A DNA stretch of 63,379 nucleotides, filler included, from Octopus bimaculoides (taxonomy: Eukaryota), in NCBI RefSeq assembly GCF_001194135.2. It is 5 parts of 5 records of this genome, joined end to end, with 100 filler letters (N's around TTAATTAATTAA, not from the genome) between each part and the next. Parts side by side here need not be neighbours in the genome. Positions count along the whole stretch, not along the records: positions 61,143 to 63,379 come from NC_068982.1; 4 more parts are not named here. One strand, 5' to 3'. This document shows, one piece after another, positions 61,043-63,379 of the stretch. The position numbers were made by a program, and so were the translations under genes. The notes beneath the pieces are model-generated. The model searched no databases, had not been told where the DNA came from, and saw only the letters and a program-made list of their open reading frames with translations. Numbering within the stretch: the first letter of the stretch is position 1; every line of letters starts with the position of its first letter.

Positions 61043-61142
61043 NNNNNNNNNNNNNNNNNNNNNNNNNNNNNNNNNNNNNNNNNNNNTTAATTAATTAANN
61101 NNNNNNNNNNNNNNNNNNNNNNNNNNNNNNNNNNNNNNNNNN
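61043..61142. other. Artificial scaffold join (44 N + TTAATTAATTAA + 44 N)
   Basis: Same layout as the other joins. Confidence 0.95.
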
Positions 61143-61235
61143 ATATATATATATATAATTATGTATATGTTTGTGTGTGTGTTTGTCACCCCAACATCGC
61201 TTGACAACAGATGCTGGTGTGTTTACGTCCTCGTA

Positions 61236-61692
61236 AAGCGGAATTCTTATTTAAGCACACTATATAACTCCTCATAACGTTTCGACTGTTTTGAATTTTC
61301 AGAATTTTTTTGCTTATTTGTGTTCTACACACGGGAATTCATATGATTATGAAAAACATTTCGTTTGAAATTTGCCAATCTGACATGTAATGATGTTTTC
61401 AATATTTTTCTCCCCATAAACGCATTTAATGGAATGATGATACATCTTTAAGCAAAAAATTGGTACTGTTCGTATTTCAAACTCGGATCTTAAAACAAGA
61501 AATTCGCAAAGAGTGGAAATTCTACAATTTATAGGAGTGGGTAGCGGTTAAAAATTAAGGAAAAATTTTCGTTTCATAATTGTGTGAATTCTTGTGTAAG
61601 GAACAGATTCGCAAAATTTTTTTCTGAAAATTCCTCCCAAAATGAAACAGTTATGAGGCGTTAGACGGGGTGCTTAAACCAGAATTCCACCA
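61236..61692. mobile_element. TIR element (MITE) with long imperfect arms, inserted into a family-A SINE 3' module
   Basis: gcggaattcttatttaagcac..ctcataac versus gttatgag..gtgcttaaaccagaattccacc; the SINE consensus breaks at cgtaa just before the element. Confidence 0.55.
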
Positions 61693-63076
61693 AATGGACT
61701 TCTAATGTAATTCGCCCATACGAATTACACGAATAAAGTTACTCTCAGGTTACGAACTACTGATCCAAGAATATGTTGACTGTTACTACGTGGCTAAAAT
61801 ATTTTCATGGCATCATAGATGTGCATTGCATTAAACATAAATTCTCTGTGAAAAGATACTTTGTTTTATGCGTTGGCCGATGCCAAGATATGATGTGTAG
61901 TGCATGATTGATTTGCAAAGGAGTAATATTAAATGAGAGATGATTTACTAAATAAAAGTAAAGTAAAAGGTATTTAAACTAAGTCGATACTATTTTTATG
62001 CAGCAGCGGAAACTGTTTTCGTGGGTCGTATGAAATGAGGTATCTTAAACTGAAGGGTCGGCTTTAGAATGATTTGACAATCCTTTCGACCAGATAAGAC
62101 ATCTTTTCTGATCGGAGTATGACTTAGTGTTATTTACTTTGATTGGATTTTGCTGCTTCTTGCACTCAATTGTTAGATAAGTTAAGTCGGGTGTTTTTGC
62201 TGGGTGGTGGTGTAACTAGAAAATGAAGTTGATTCGTATGCCCTTTAATAGCAAAAGTAAATACATGCTAATGGGCAAGTGCTTTTATTACAAGTATAAC
62301 CAGGAAGCTTTGTATTCTCTCAATGTCCGTCTTACCACTATAACTTTGTTTCCGGTTCACTTGAATGACAATTGCTTTCTGTCTGATAACATTTACGTTT
62401 GTCAAACTAAACTGATGACAGACATTGATTGGTGATATATTTAAATGCAATGCTTGAATGTGTATATTGTCTTAAAAGCCTGCGTTGATTATATAAGATA
62501 ATAGAATATGGAGTTTATCAGCTTATTGTCGGAAATCAGCTACATTTATTATTTCAGGTACATTTATTATTTCAGGTGTGTATTGTTTTAAATACTTGTG
62601 TCAAGTGAAATTGCACCATATGCTTACTACATATGCTTGAATTTTCTCAGGTGCAAATTTCAGCACGTTGTTCATAAATTAGTTTTAAACCACAGTTATT
62701 CTGTTTTCTATCTAACTAATCATGAAATCATGAAATATCTTGTGATTCTGTGTAACACTAAGACGGAGTAGAACTGTAAGTTTCTATCCATTACCATCAG
62801 AATTTATTTTCAAAGATGCTGCACCTATACTACATTTTAAAGAGTTCGACCGGAGCTACAGGAAATTTGGCTACTATTGCTGGGATGTAATCTCAAATTT
62901 TAAAACAAACTCAAAATTTTCTTATGTTTTCTTAAACATTCTCTAGAACAATACTATATCCAAACCAAATATATGACACTGTAGGCATAACACCAACATG
63001 AACTTCTAACTTGTCTCATGAGGTCTCTGGTTGAGACTTGGAGCCAACTTATACAAATACAAAGCAAAAGTCAAAC

Positions 63077-63379
63077 GGTGACTCACTATCACCACTCCTC
63101 TTCTGTCTAGCCCTAATACCGCTCTCAAAATTGCTCAATGATGCACAGTATGGTTATAAAATATTTGATAAAAATATAAATCATCTCATTTATATGGATG
63201 ATTTAAAGCTCTTTGCAAAAAATGACCAACAACTCAAAGGCCTACTAACGATTGTTAAACAATTCAGTGATGACATCAGGATGCAATTTGGCCTTGATAA
63301 ATGTGCAAAAGCTACCTTTATCAAAGGAAAAATGACAAATACATCTAATGTGAACCTTGACCAGCAAAATGTCATAAAA
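63077..63379 (+). mobile_element. R4/Dong-like non-LTR retrotransposon reverse-transcriptase segment (open frame, runs off the window)
   Basis: 101 uninterrupted codons: GDSLSPLLFCLALIPLSKLLN..INHLIYMDDLKLFAK..DDIRMQFGLDKCAK, with YMDD and GLDKC motifs. Confidence 0.85.

Overview
AT-rich eukaryotic genomic DNA, dense in microsatellites and SINEs. The repeat landscape looks like an octopus/coleoid cephalopod draft assembly (inference). Positions 451-21070 (+) hold 16 frame-consistent coding exons of the FACT subunit SPT16/SUPT16H (about 647 codons). The gene is incomplete at both ends: the N-terminal exons lie upstream of the window and the last exon(s) are missing beyond a scaffold join at ~21895. 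Four identical 100-nt joins (44 N + TTAATTAATTAA + 44 N) split the window into five blocks that may not be adjacent in the genome. The rest is non-coding: several tRNA-headed SINE families, piggyBac-, hAT- and other TIR-type MITEs, foldback elements, and decayed Tc1, RTE, CRE-like and R4/Dong-like elements. The least explained signal is a set of minimal type-I hammerhead-ribozyme-like motifs with palindromic stem III. Several sit in SPT16 introns, and some occur as head-to-head pairs in foldback elements, one of which has a central bidirectional tRNA-like head. All structures were read by eye and none was computed.
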